This document shows positions 45,919 through 55,340 of a stretch of DNA of 58,013 nt, one piece after another (positions within the stretch are counted from its first letter, which is position 1; every line of letters starts with the position of its first letter). This DNA is from a virus. Taxonomy: Duplodnaviria; Heunggongvirae; Uroviricota; Caudoviricetes. The stretch spans positions 1 to 58,013 of IMG/VR virus record IMGVR_UViG_3300045988_029198; one strand, written 5' to 3'. Position numbers and translations under genes: made by a program. The notes under the pieces were generated by a model, which had not been told where the DNA came from, made no database searches, and worked only from the letters and a program-made list of their open reading frames with translations.

Positions 45919-46182
45919 TCAATACCCTTTTAATTTTCTACACTCAGGACAGCGCCATCTACCTTTTTGGTAAACTCGCGTATGACCACGTTTACATTTA
46001 TTGGTTACCAGTGATATACCGAGACGTGACGCTTTAATGTGCACCGCTTCAACGTCCCGGCGAAGGTGATACGCTATTTCGTCCGCACTGATCTTTCCTG
46101 CATTAATTTTTAATAACGCCAGATCTCGTGCGGACCACTTCAAACCGTTACGAGGGAACCTGTTAGTCTGATACTCATACAC
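45919..46182 (-). CDS. putative DNA-binding protein (HTH-like plus C-terminal CPEC zinc ribbon), GTG start
   Basis: GTG at codon 27 of track ORF with AGGTGA RBS; SARDLALLKINAGKISADEIAYHL HTH-like segment. Confidence 0.4.
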   Translation of the reverse strand: MYEYQTNRFPRNGLKWSARDLALLKINAGKISADEIAYHLRRDVEAVHIKASRLGISLVTNKCKRGHTRVYQKGRWRCPECRKLKGY

Positions 46183-46186
46183 GAAC

Positions 46187-46378
46187 TCACCTTTTACGAA
46201 GCTGTATGGCAAATTCACGGATAGTGTCATCAAGGTCTGGACATAACAGATTGTCAGCAAACATCTCTACCCCCTGTGCCCGTACTTCAGCCAGAAAAGC
46301 ATCGGTGGCTGGGGTTTTGCAGGACGTTTGAATTGTCTCCTCTGTGTATAAAACACCCGTTCGATTGGCGGTATACAT
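46187..46378 (-). CDS. hypothetical protein (overlaps 46287..46541 in another frame)
   Basis: track ORF 63 aa; no clear RBS. Confidence 0.3.
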   Translation of the reverse strand: MYTANRTGVLYTEETIQTSCKTPATDAFLAEVRAQGVEMFADNLLCPDLDDTIREFAIQLRKR

Positions 46379-46541
46379 GATGTGCTGATTTCACAGCCTC
46401 AACTTCAGCAGCCAGCGCCGCACATTTATTTTCAAGTTCACCAAATTTGCGTACCAGATATTCAGCGTTTGTTTCGTTAACTTTCAGATCACCCGGGACA
46501 CATTTACCACGAAGAAAACCTTCCATTTCGTACACAGTCAT
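46287..46541 (-). CDS. hypothetical protein (true 3' end uncertain)
   Basis: track ORF 84 aa; ATG directly after upstream stop. Confidence 0.35.
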   Translation of the reverse strand: MTVYEMEGFLRGKCVPGDLKVNETNAEYLVRKFGELENKCAALAAEVEAVKSAHHVYRQSNGCFIHRGDNSNVLQNPSHRCFSG

Positions 46542-46766
46542 TTAACGCACCTCGACATCAATCATTAAATCTTCTGGTACTGTCACCACAACGCGGTCGT
46601 TTTCGTAAAATGGTGATAGCGGTTCCTCTTCCGGTTGTAAGCGAATGGTAAGTGTTGCCCCGTGGTAATTGATATAGCGTACCCAGTACCATTCGTTAAA
46701 TACTTCAATCTTGTCACCTGGTTTAATATCACGGGCAACGGTTGGATTCATCAGTCGGATAGTCAT
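46542..46766 (-). CDS. hypothetical protein
   Basis: track ORF 74 aa, GGGAG RBS. Confidence 0.45.
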   Translation of the reverse strand: MTIRLMNPTVARDIKPGDKIEVFNEWYWVRYINYHGATLTIRLQPEEEPLSPFYENDRVVVTVPEDLMIDVEVR

Positions 46767-46924
46767 TTCTTTTTACTCCCGGTTAGTTTGGCAATCCAAC
46801 GATTTTCATTAACGCTGGGGAAACTATTATTGAATTTACACTGATGTTCTTCTTCTTTTGTCAACGGTTTAAATTTAGAACGACAGGTCAATGTACCGTA
46901 AATTGATGTTAAGTTGTCTGACAT
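46763..46924 (-). CDS. small ORF (53 aa)
   Basis: below track cutoff; fills gap after ParB-like gene; ATGA overlap with next gene. Confidence 0.3.
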   Translation of the reverse strand: MSDNLTSIYGTLTCRSKFKPLTKEEEHQCKFNNSFPSVNENRWIAKLTGSKKK

Positions 46925-46929
46925 AGTTT

Positions 46930-47697
46930 TCATAACTGGTGCTCCTTCAGTGCTTTTAACGCTTCGAACTGTTCAGCGGTAAGTTCAACCAGTACTTTAC
47001 CACCTTCCGAACGGGTTACAGACCGTTCACCACGGATTGCTTCCACTGCAGACCGTACCAGTTTAGCAGGTGGACGACGCGTTACTACTGGTTCTTTATC
47101 ACCTGCTTTAAACTGGCGAATGGCTGCTGATGCGCTGATTTCACCGTTCTGAATACGACGTTTAAGTTCCAGCGGCATATCAAGAATATTCAGTTGTTCG
47201 TAAACGTGTTGGACGGTTTTACCGACCTGTGTAGCGATCTGCTCAACACTCATACCATATGAACGGAAACGACCGTAAATAACAGCACGTTCAACGGGTG
47301 ACCACGGTTTACCCTCATTACCTTTTAACAGTGTCAGGGTCTGTTGTAGTTCGTCACCGGACGATTCAACAACGTCTACTGTCAGAATCGGCGTCCCGGC
47401 CTCAATAGCTGCCAATACGCCACGTAAACGATGCTCACCATCCTGAACATAAGGAACACCATCAACAACCTGTACCACGATCGGTGGAACGAAATCGCCG
47501 TTGGTATAAGCCTGACGAAAGTTTTCAATGTGTGCCAGTGCTGCTTCAGTTTCCCAGTAGTTGTCGGTAAATACACCGCGTGGGTTATGTCCTGGACGAA
47601 TCTTGATAATACGCGGATCAATGCGATATGCGTTACCACGTTTTACGTTGGTTTTATCGGTATCAGATAGCTTGCGAAGGGAGTTAATGTTAGCCAT
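46930..47697 (-). CDS. ParB-like nuclease domain protein
   Basis: 255 aa; ParB N-domain motif VQDGEHRLRG; own promoter copy upstream. Confidence 0.7.
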   Translation of the reverse strand: MANINSLRKLSDTDKTNVKRGNAYRIDPRIIKIRPGHNPRGVFTDNYWETEAALAHIENFRQAYTNGDFVPPIVVQVVDGVPYVQDGEHRLRGVLAAIEAGTPILTVDVVESSGDELQQTLTLLKGNEGKPWSPVERAVIYGRFRSYGMSVEQIATQVGKTVQHVYEQLNILDMPLELKRRIQNGEISASAAIRQFKAGDKEPVVTRRPPAKLVRSAVEAIRGERSVTRSEGGKVLVELTAEQFEALKALKEHQL

Positions 47698-47731
47698 TTG
47701 TGTTTAGCCTCATGTGTGTTAACTGAGGCTA

Positions 47732-47775
47732 ATTATCGGGTGGGGTTGGTAATCTGTCAAGAATTATTTTGAACT
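47732..47775 (-). promoter_or_regulatory. conserved promoter module copy (minus strand) for ParB-like operon
   Basis: reverse complement gives AAAATAATTCTTGACA, 17-bp spacer, GATAAT -10; 8-bp-stem hairpin in the 5' UTR. Confidence 0.65.
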
Positions 47776-48200
47776 ATCAGAGGGTAGATTTCGAACCAGA
47801 ATACCACGGGGCGTTCAATCACTTGAAGCAGTCCGAAACGTTCAGCCGTGCGAAAATTAACGCTGTATGACCTAGCGCGGTTTACTTGTTCACCGATTTG
47901 TTTACGGAATTGTTCCAGCGTATACGTAGTTTTAAACAGATTACAAGGTGCACAAGCTGGGTACAGATTTTCAAGAACATCATTATGTTCCCGATAATGT
48001 TCTCCGGTTGCTTTTAGTTTCCATAAACCTTTTTTAGCCGCGTCCATATCCTGTTCAAGTTTACGATAAACAGCCTGAACATGGTCCGCGTGCCAGCCTT
48101 TTTCCGGCAACAACTGACCACAGTAAGCACAATACCCGCCGAATTTCATACGCAGTTCCTGACGCTGTTTTTTAGACAGTTTCACGAGTAAGGCACCCAC
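47757..48200 (-). CDS. HNH endonuclease
   Basis: 147 aa; CAYCG ... HADHV ... N ... PACAPCN. Confidence 0.7.
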   Translation of the reverse strand: MGALLVKLSKKQRQELRMKFGGYCAYCGQLLPEKGWHADHVQAVYRKLEQDMDAAKKGLWKLKATGEHYREHNDVLENLYPACAPCNLFKTTYTLEQFRKQIGEQVNRARSYSVNFRTAERFGLLQVIERPVVFWFEIYPLIVQNNS

Positions 48201-48577
48201 ACAGTTAAACCAGCTTTCAACATGCGACGGTGCATATCAGCAGTACCACGCCCACCGGGGAACACAACACCGTATGTAGGCCGTGGTTCACCCTCTAACA
48301 TTGCCTGATTACGTTGATGACCTGCAACAGCGTTATAAGGCCCGTGCTTGCCCTGTTTTACAACTGCACCTGGTACAGTCAGATCGTCCCACGCTGCCGG
48401 ACAACTACGCACAGGAATACCGTGTAATTGCGCCCATTGCTTACACAGGTTATCAACACCTAACGCACCACCTTCAATTAGTTCGGTAATGGGGAATTGT
48501 TTGTGAAGTAGTCCTAACGCGGAAAATACTGCTGTTCTGTCGTTGAAGTCACGACCACCTGTAACGACTATTATCAT
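48182..48577 (-). CDS. SLOG-superfamily protein (DUF2493 / YspA-like Rossmann fold)
   Basis: 131 aa; VVTGGRDF ... IEGGALGVD ... VVFPGGRGTADM pattern. Confidence 0.6.
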   Translation of the reverse strand: MIIVVTGGRDFNDRTAVFSALGLLHKQFPITELIEGGALGVDNLCKQWAQLHGIPVRSCPAAWDDLTVPGAVVKQGKHGPYNAVAGHQRNQAMLEGEPRPTYGVVFPGGRGTADMHRRMLKAGLTVWVPYS

Positions 48578-49254
48578 TGTTTATTAGCCTCAAATACAGC
48601 GCGAGCAAAACCACGCGGGGTTAATGAACGTAACTGTTTAGTTGTTTCAGATTTACCACCCAGATATTTCCAGCCCCAGAAAAAGCCGATGTTAATCGGT
48701 CCGGGACGTTTTTCAGGCATTCTGAAACCGTTACCGAACCACAGACACGTTTTCTTCGTGTATCCGTCAAACATCGGCATTTTAGGGTGAAAAGGTTTAT
48801 CATCTGTTGTCATATAACCGCCATATTCCCACGGGTGAAAATAAGCATCAGGTGTCCCCATCATTTCAGGACGCGATAAAGCACCGACAGGGTTTTCGAC
48901 CATCCAGGGTACGTTATAACGTTCTCCGAGTTCACGGATCAGTTTTGCGTTTGCCAGTGCATACTGTAGTTCAGCGTCATCCCGGTCATGTTGCGAACCG
49001 CTTTGAGCAAACAGGGTGCAATCCGGAAAACCAAAAATAATTGACGGTAAAGGTGTTCCCAGTATTTCCTGCTTAATTGCAAATTGTGGGTCAATCCACT
49101 GATTAACGTAATGAAGATTTGGGTGTTGCATTTTGATTTTATATTCCCCGTGATTACCGGAATCAGCATTAAAGCAATAAACCTGATAGCCAGCCTTAGC
49201 CCACGGTAAGCCCATAATCCCGGAACCATCGAATAATGACCAGACAATTTTCAT
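48574..49254 (-). CDS. DNA (cytosine-5)-methyltransferase-like protein (short, reduced target-recognition region)
   Basis: 226 aa; motif I LFDGSG, motif IV-like FPDCTLFAQSG, motif VI ENP. Confidence 0.5.
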   Translation of the reverse strand: MKIVWSLFDGSGIMGLPWAKAGYQVYCFNADSGNHGEYKIKMQHPNLHYVNQWIDPQFAIKQEILGTPLPSIIFGFPDCTLFAQSGSQHDRDDAELQYALANAKLIRELGERYNVPWMVENPVGALSRPEMMGTPDAYFHPWEYGGYMTTDDKPFHPKMPMFDGYTKKTCLWFGNGFRMPEKRPGPINIGFFWGWKYLGGKSETTKQLRSLTPRGFARAVFEANKQ

Positions 49255-49466
49255 CCTTCTGTTTCCTCTACGATCCGCGTGATTTTAACAGGCGCAATTG
49301 TTACTTTTCTGCAATTGAAACCCTGATCGCGAAGTGCTTTAAGTGCAACACCAGCCATGTAAGTTGAACTGAACAGAGTAGCTTCACTGATATCAACCCA
49401 GGTAATCCGGGTATCAATATGTGCATAACGGTCTTCTTTTTTGATCACAGCACCGAATTCAGTCAT
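49251..49466 (-). CDS. hypothetical protein
   Basis: track ORF 71 aa, ATGA-type overlap. Confidence 0.4.
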   Translation of the reverse strand: MTEFGAVIKKEDRYAHIDTRITWVDISEATLFSSTYMAGVALKALRDQGFNCRKVTIAPVKITRIVEETEG

Positions 49467-49656
49467 GATCGTTTTTCACTCCCCACATGCAAGCGCCAAT
49501 TGATGCCGCAGCCGCTAATAATCCAAGACCAGCCAGAAACCACCACGGAGTTTCCGCATGATTACCACGGGTCATTAGTCCGACAATGCAAGACGCTAGT
49601 GTTACGGACACAAGGAACACGATAACAGTGATTAAACGGTCAAATATGTTTTTCAT
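49459..49656 (-). CDS. small membrane protein
   Basis: track ORF 65 aa, two hydrophobic segments. Confidence 0.4.
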   Translation of the reverse strand: MKNIFDRLITVIVFLVSVTLASCIVGLMTRGNHAETPWWFLAGLGLLAAAASIGACMWGVKNDHD

Positions 49657-49886
49657 GGTTTTTTGTACCCCGTGTTAAACTTTTCTATTGCTTCTTCTTT
49701 AGTTGCTGAAATACAAATACCAATGCCGTTATCTAATAAGAAAGACCAGTAGTTTTCACCGTACTTTTTAATCATTTCTGGATGTAAAGATTTTCTTTTG
49801 ATAAGTGTTGGATTGTGTGACTCAACAAAAGAATATAAGTCTTCGCCTTGTAAGTTTTCAAAGTCTGTTAATTTAGATGGTTTCAT
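49653..49886 (-). CDS. hypothetical protein
   Basis: ATG at codon 47 of track ORF 49653..50024. Confidence 0.4.
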   Translation of the reverse strand: MKPSKLTDFENLQGEDLYSFVESHNPTLIKRKSLHPEMIKKYGENYWSFLLDNGIGICISATKEEAIEKFNTGYKKP

Positions 49887-50112
49887 GGTTTTTCTTCCAG
49901 TTCCATTCGCGACGTGCAGCCGCTGATGTTGTTTGATAAGTGTGACCGCAGTTTTTACAATGACAGGTGTACACGTTTCCATTTTCACCAGTAACTTCAA
50001 CGTTTTCCCAGTTGCGTGTACCAAACCCTAATAAATAATCACGTAGGTTTCGCTCATAACACTTACTGCAGCGTAATGAACGAGTTCGACGACATGATCC
50101 ACGACCACCCAT
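49873..50112 (-). CDS. zinc-finger protein
   Basis: 79 aa; CSKC ... CHCKNCGH cysteine/histidine clusters. Confidence 0.45.
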   Translation of the reverse strand: MGGRGSCRRTRSLRCSKCYERNLRDYLLGFGTRNWENVEVTGENGNVYTCHCKNCGHTYQTTSAAARREWNWKKNHETI

Positions 50113-50114
50113 TA

Positions 50115-50327
50115 TTAGTTCACCTTAGCCCATACAAGTTTATGAATAGATGTTCTGTATTTTCTCGCGGTAATATTAAAATCATGACCCTCGTGATAAA
50201 TACTTTCGTGTTTCTTGAAGCTGTTAGCAATTAACGTGAAAGGTAATAGTTGCTTCAGACGATAAAAATAAAACCGTGTTCCATTAGGACACTGTGAAAG
50301 TCTCATTAATCGGTAGCGTGGTTTCAT
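50115..50327 (-). CDS. hypothetical protein
   Basis: ATG at codon 16 of track ORF with AAGGAG 9 nt upstream. Confidence 0.45.
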   Translation of the reverse strand: MKPRYRLMRLSQCPNGTRFYFYRLKQLLPFTLIANSFKKHESIYHEGHDFNITARKYRTSIHKLVWAKVN

Positions 50328-50358
50328 AACAATCACTCCTTGTTCACTTGATGTACAG

Positions 50359-50398
50359 ACTATAGCGCACATATCTGTAATTCGTCAAGAATTATTTT
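50359..50398 (-). promoter_or_regulatory. conserved promoter module copy (minus strand)
   Basis: reverse complement gives AAAATAATTCTTGACG, 18-bp spacer, TATAGT -10. Confidence 0.65.
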
Positions 50399-50417
50399 AC
50401 ACATCCTTGTGCAATGA

Positions 50418-52772
50418 CTAACCGTTACTCGCAGGTGGGAAAGGCACTACATTAGCTGTTGATTGAAAATGGAGAAGACGAATACCCCTGAAACCGTTTA
50501 ATCGTACGTTATTTATATTAACAACGTCTTTTTTCACTTTACCACGAAGGGTGGATTTAAACGCCCGACTAAATGCAGTTTTAGTCATTGCTGGACCACC
50601 TTCCTGTGTTTTCCAAAGACGATAACGACCATAGAGTTCTTCAGTATGTACCTCACCATCAGATACCAATTCGCAACAATCTCTGATAAAACTTCTAAGT
50701 GGTGATTGTTGATCCATAATTTCCTGACGTTCTTCCAGACTTGCTTTTGGTTCAGTAAACCGTCCGTTTGCACGTAACCGTTGTAAACCTTCAATCGCCC
50801 AGTTACAGATCCCCGGTAGTTCTTTCATCAGTCGTGCTTCCAGAGTGGTATCTTCACGACCCAGGAACGAAATGTTGAATGGCAGGATCAGCAAACGGTT
50901 AGCCATTGCACCTGAATCATCAGCAAATGCCGGTATGTTGTTAGCAGCCAGTGTCATACGTCCCGGTAAACGACCGTTCCACGCACCTTTATACTTACGA
51001 TTAACCGGAATCGCATCACAACCTGTAATAGATTTGAAACGGTCCAGAATTCGGTTGCGATCAGGCCCGGACACACTGTGAGCATCACCAATAAACAGCA
51101 CAGATTTATCCAGCACAGTTTCAAGTACCGCATCACTGGCTAAACCCTCTAGTGTGATCCCTGCATACGCTTCATCACCTACCAGTGCCTGAATGATGCG
51201 ACCAATCGTACCTTTACCGGAACGTGGTGCACCAATCAACAGCATCGCTTTCTGATAGTCATACGAGTTGACAAGCATGTAACCCAGCCATTCCTGCAAC
51301 AATGCAATACGTTCCTGATCACCTTCCAGAGTTGTATTTAAAAACTGTTCAAACGCTGGTGCACGGGCAAACGGATCATAGCTATATGGTAAAATACTGG
51401 TCGTAAAGAAATCCGGGTTATGTGCGTCACATTTACCAGTATGTACATCCAGTATCCCGTTCTGGCAAACAATATAGTGTGATACATCAACGCCGGGCCA
51501 TGTTCCAAGCTCACGATCAGCCCGTGTGAATAAATACGACAATACCTTGTACGTACCATTAATCATGTCGGCTTTTGGTTCGCTGGCAAGCATTGCCATA
51601 GATATCTGATGTTTCAGTTCATCTTCACTGACACGTTCCCACACACGACCATTGAACCGGTACGGCTGTTGCTGGACGAAAATCAATGTGTTGTTCGGAT
51701 AATAGTTATTAACGAACGTGGATGCGTTAACCGTGTGGTTTGAACCATATGCACCTTCACCGGGTTTCACACTCATGTACGCAGGTGTTCCACCATTAGG
51801 AACGACGGTAGGCGCTGGTGTGACTGCTTTCATCAGTTCTGGTGTCATTGTCGGTTGACTACGATACACAGCATCACAACGTTCCACAGCGCCCAGAATC
51901 GTGTTTTCACGGTAATCCTGACGATCTGTCCATTTACCACGAACCAGCCCGGAACGGTTAAACAATCGTTCAATACGTTCGCAATCTTTCCCGGTCCAGA
52001 ACGCAAGGTGTGAACACAGGGCAGCATCTGCTGCTGATGCGTTGTAGTCTTTCCCCTGGTCACTAGGATATGACACAGACAGGCGTTCAACGTTTGCATT
52101 CCACAGATCCGCAAATGACGCTTTATTGCCAAATACTGAAGCAGCACTGGACGAATTTAACGCCATTTTAATCAGTTCATCGTCGTCTGTCGGTCCTGAC
52201 CAGTCATCACAAGGTGCTGTTGTCCAGCGTGCGGAACGGTCTGAACGGATACGACCATACCGGGCAATAGAATCATGAATACCCTGGGTATAATCAATAT
52301 CAACATCACCATTACCCGTGAGCGTCATCGCGACGAAACGATCACGCCAGTACATTTCCAGCCCGGTTTTCTGGTCGTTCAGACTGTTAAAACCTTCCGG
52401 TATGCTGGTATAAGCACAGATGATATGCAAACCTGTTCCTGACTGACTGACTTCGGTGTACGCGTTTGGAAAACGGTTTACGAATTCATGCGCCAGTGGT
52501 GACCACGTAGCTGTTGCCTGGTCTATCAGACAGTTATCAACATCAATAAAGAAGTACGGATCGTTTTCTGTGAATACAAAACCAACACCAGACATACCGT
52601 ACATTTGTGCCATACCTAACGCGGTGTGATAGTCAGACCAGTCGTTAGGGTTAGTGGTACTGGCTTTATAACCATGTACCGGACTGTATGGTACTTTCGT
52701 TGGTTTTTGACGATCGGCGACTGTCTCAAGTCGCCACATGACCCACTGTTTACGGTTCAGTAACCCTTTCAT
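50418..52772 (-). CDS. DNA primase/helicase (D5-like: primase-polymerase N-domain plus SF3 helicase)
   Basis: 784 aa; Walker A GAPRSGKGT in C-terminal half. Confidence 0.75.
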   Translation of the reverse strand: MKGLLNRKQWVMWRLETVADRQKPTKVPYSPVHGYKASTTNPNDWSDYHTALGMAQMYGMSGVGFVFTENDPYFFIDVDNCLIDQATATWSPLAHEFVNRFPNAYTEVSQSGTGLHIICAYTSIPEGFNSLNDQKTGLEMYWRDRFVAMTLTGNGDVDIDYTQGIHDSIARYGRIRSDRSARWTTAPCDDWSGPTDDDELIKMALNSSSAASVFGNKASFADLWNANVERLSVSYPSDQGKDYNASAADAALCSHLAFWTGKDCERIERLFNRSGLVRGKWTDRQDYRENTILGAVERCDAVYRSQPTMTPELMKAVTPAPTVVPNGGTPAYMSVKPGEGAYGSNHTVNASTFVNNYYPNNTLIFVQQQPYRFNGRVWERVSEDELKHQISMAMLASEPKADMINGTYKVLSYLFTRADRELGTWPGVDVSHYIVCQNGILDVHTGKCDAHNPDFFTTSILPYSYDPFARAPAFEQFLNTTLEGDQERIALLQEWLGYMLVNSYDYQKAMLLIGAPRSGKGTIGRIIQALVGDEAYAGITLEGLASDAVLETVLDKSVLFIGDAHSVSGPDRNRILDRFKSITGCDAIPVNRKYKGAWNGRLPGRMTLAANNIPAFADDSGAMANRLLILPFNISFLGREDTTLEARLMKELPGICNWAIEGLQRLRANGRFTEPKASLEERQEIMDQQSPLRSFIRDCCELVSDGEVHTEELYGRYRLWKTQEGGPAMTKTAFSRAFKSTLRGKVKKDVVNINNVRLNGFRGIRLLHFQSTANVVPFPPASNG

Positions 52773-52775
52773 AAT

Positions 52776-53051
52776 TTACGCTCCGAACTGACGTTCAGCA
52801 GCCATCAGTTTGACCAGGTTGATAGCAGATCGCCCGGTAAGCAGATTACGTTTAACATGAATTTCAGTAACGTTCAGACGTTTAGCAACAGCCTCAATAC
52901 CGTGGTTATTAATCAGTTTTTGTAGACGTGATACGCGCTGGTTTGTTTTTTTAACGTCATCAAAATCAGAAACAATTTCAGACGTTATTGATTCACGTTT
53001 TTGTTTGTATTCAGGACTTACAATTGTTGCGATTAAAGATTTTTTATTCAT
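52776..53051 (-). CDS. small helix-turn-helix protein
   Basis: track ORF 91 aa; GIEAVAKRLNVTEIHVKRNL HTH-like. Confidence 0.4.
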   Translation of the reverse strand: MNKKSLIATIVSPEYKQKRESITSEIVSDFDDVKKTNQRVSRLQKLINNHGIEAVAKRLNVTEIHVKRNLLTGRSAINLVKLMAAERQFGA

Positions 53052-53539
53052 TGTTTAATCCATTTTTCAAATTGTGAAGGATGAGTGATGAAACGAAATT
53101 CACCACCTGCGTTTTCAACAATCGCACCGAAAGTGGCCTGTGCTTGTGCATGTCTGTCACTCTGGGTCATGTGCCAGTCAGGGCGTTTCATTTCGGCAGC
53201 AATAAAGACGCCAACTTTCGAACCGATCATATCCGGTGTAACGATTTTGGTTTTAATGCCGATGTAGTCGCTTGACTTCATAACAGCGTTGATTTTCGCA
53301 CTGGTATTGCCAAGACCATAACGAACCATCATTCCTTTTTCGTTTTTCAGAGCACCTGAGTTATTACGCCAGATACGTTGCCCTGCACGTGCCGCAATAA
53401 GTTCACATTCTTTACTGGTGGCGCTTTCACTTACACCGTCTTCGTGTGGTGTTCCGTCAGGCTGATAAAGAGCGTATAACTCGTACAACGCCATCTGACT
53501 AACACCGTGACGAATCGCCCATTGTTCAAGCGTTGTCAT
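53048..53539 (-). CDS. VRR-NUC domain nuclease
   Basis: 163 aa; PD-(D/E)xK-like D...EMK arrangement. Confidence 0.6.
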   Translation of the reverse strand: MTTLEQWAIRHGVSQMALYELYALYQPDGTPHEDGVSESATSKECELIAARAGQRIWRNNSGALKNEKGMMVRYGLGNTSAKINAVMKSSDYIGIKTKIVTPDMIGSKVGVFIAAEMKRPDWHMTQSDRHAQAQATFGAIVENAGGEFRFITHPSQFEKWIKQ

Positions 53540-53580
53540 TACAGTTCCTTACGTTTAAAATATTTCTATGCAGATTACCA

Positions 53581-55242
53581 TCAGATTAATGAACTTGCAA
53601 CCCTTGCGGCGAGTTCATTAGCTTCACGAGTACGTAACCCCTGAGCGCTAAGTACATCAACACCAAACACCCTGTAAAACATCTTGTAAGCGTCATCAAC
53701 GGGTATACCTTTATCACGCTGAATACCGGCCCATGTGGTAATCATGCTACGTAATTTACGTTGTGCATCGTTCATTGCCTGAATGTTTTTCATTGCACTG
53801 TAAGCTGCAACAGGGGGTGCACCAGCGTTTAACATTTGTTCTTTTACCGCAACAGGGTCACGGTCGATTATCACAACTGCCCTGCGTAATTCTTCCAGTT
53901 CTTCAGGTGTCAGTTCACGTAAATTACCTTCTACACGATCCGGGCCTGAGCGTTCGGCTTTTTCAGGAACATGACCACAATACGGGCAGCACGGCAGACC
54001 AGACGGATAAGGCTTCAGACACGGTGGAATACCGTTATCAGGATCACCCTTGTTTGTACACGTTGTGTTACTGTTCCCACTGCTGTTTGATGAACGACGG
54101 TCACGGTCATCTAAAGACCAGTTGTAGTGCTGATCGGGAAGTGGAAAACCACGGGCCAGAAATCGACGAACATTACCGACTTTATCAATAATCAGTGCTT
54201 TTTTACCGGGTTTGAAACGCAACGGTCGGCCCATTTGTTGTACAAACAAAGAGTAAGATTCTGTTGGACGGTCCATTACAGCACATTCCATCGCCGGGCA
54301 ATCGTACCCTTCACCGAATAAATCGTTGTTACATAGCACGAGTGTTTTACGTCGTTCAAAACGTTCCAGAATATCCGCTCGTTCCTGATTGCTGTTTCGT
54401 GAGCTGATCGCCTCTGCAGGAATGCCAGCATCGCGAAATTCTTTTGCCAGTGCTTCAGCAGAATCTACGTCACACGTAAAAACAACAGTGAGTAAGCCAT
54501 CTGCATATGTTTTCCACGTACTGACGGTATCACCAACGATGTTTGAATCTTCCATCGCTTTTTTTAACGCAGAGGGTTTGTAATCACCCGTAGTATGGGA
54601 AATCATTTCTACAGTTAATTCCAGGTCTGTTTCAGCCATAATCAGGCGATAATCAGCCAGGTGTTGTTGACTGATTAACTCACGCATTGACGGACCAATG
54701 ATCATCTGATCTGCGTAACCTGACGCATGACGACCCAAGCCTTTACCGTCAGCACGGATCGGTGTAGCTGTAACACCCAGACCTTTAGCGTTAGGGAATT
54801 TTTCCCGGCAGTCTCCCCACTGTGTGCCACGCACCAGGTGATGCGCTTCGTCGCTGAACACAAGAGACACGTCGTTGTACCATCGTTCGTACTGTTTTGT
54901 TCTTAACGTTTGTGAACTGGTAATAACGATGTCAGCACCGGGGGAATAGGTACTGTAACCAAGCGTTTTCATCTGCTGATTAGTTGCAAACTTAACAGTA
55001 TCTTTTTGCGCTATAAATCTGTGTGGTAATCCCTGGCGAGCAACAGCCATTGCGATTTGACTAACCAGTTCTTTACGGTGTGCCTGGATGACTTTTACAC
55101 CGTCTCTTGTTTTTACCAGTTCAGACATACAGAACGTTTTTCCTGCCCCCGTGGGAAGCACAAGAATCACGTCGTCAGCACCGCTTGACCATGCCTGACA
55201 TACGTTATTGATAGCTTCAGTCTGATAATAACGAGCTTTCAT
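53581..55242 (-). CDS. superfamily 2 DNA helicase (DEAD/DEAH-box, ResIII-like) with C-terminal zinc ribbon
   Basis: 553 aa; Walker A PTGAGKT, DEAH box FSDEAHH, CCPYCGH. Confidence 0.75.
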   Translation of the reverse strand: MKARYYQTEAINNVCQAWSSGADDVILVLPTGAGKTFCMSELVKTRDGVKVIQAHRKELVSQIAMAVARQGLPHRFIAQKDTVKFATNQQMKTLGYSTYSPGADIVITSSQTLRTKQYERWYNDVSLVFSDEAHHLVRGTQWGDCREKFPNAKGLGVTATPIRADGKGLGRHASGYADQMIIGPSMRELISQQHLADYRLIMAETDLELTVEMISHTTGDYKPSALKKAMEDSNIVGDTVSTWKTYADGLLTVVFTCDVDSAEALAKEFRDAGIPAEAISSRNSNQERADILERFERRKTLVLCNNDLFGEGYDCPAMECAVMDRPTESYSLFVQQMGRPLRFKPGKKALIIDKVGNVRRFLARGFPLPDQHYNWSLDDRDRRSSNSSGNSNTTCTNKGDPDNGIPPCLKPYPSGLPCCPYCGHVPEKAERSGPDRVEGNLRELTPEELEELRRAVVIIDRDPVAVKEQMLNAGAPPVAAYSAMKNIQAMNDAQRKLRSMITTWAGIQRDKGIPVDDAYKMFYRVFGVDVLSAQGLRTREANELAARVASSLI

Positions 55243-55274
55243 TTTCTACCCTGTAATATCGAATCGTGAAAAAA

Positions 55275-55318
55275 GTTTAAAATAGTTCTTGACGCATTGC
55301 AACTTATTCCTCTAACAT
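55275..55318 (+). promoter_or_regulatory. conserved promoter module copy (variant AAAATAGTTCTTGACG)
   Basis: -35 at 55289-55294, 18-bp spacer, TAACAT -10. Confidence 0.6.
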
Positions 55319-55340
55319 CTGCATCAACGAAAGGTGAGTG

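Noticed and set aside
46930-47697. ParB-like gene as evidence of a plasmid-type partition system or lysogeny
   Set aside because: No ParA partner, integrase or repressor module found; ParB-like nuclease domains are common stand-alone phage proteins
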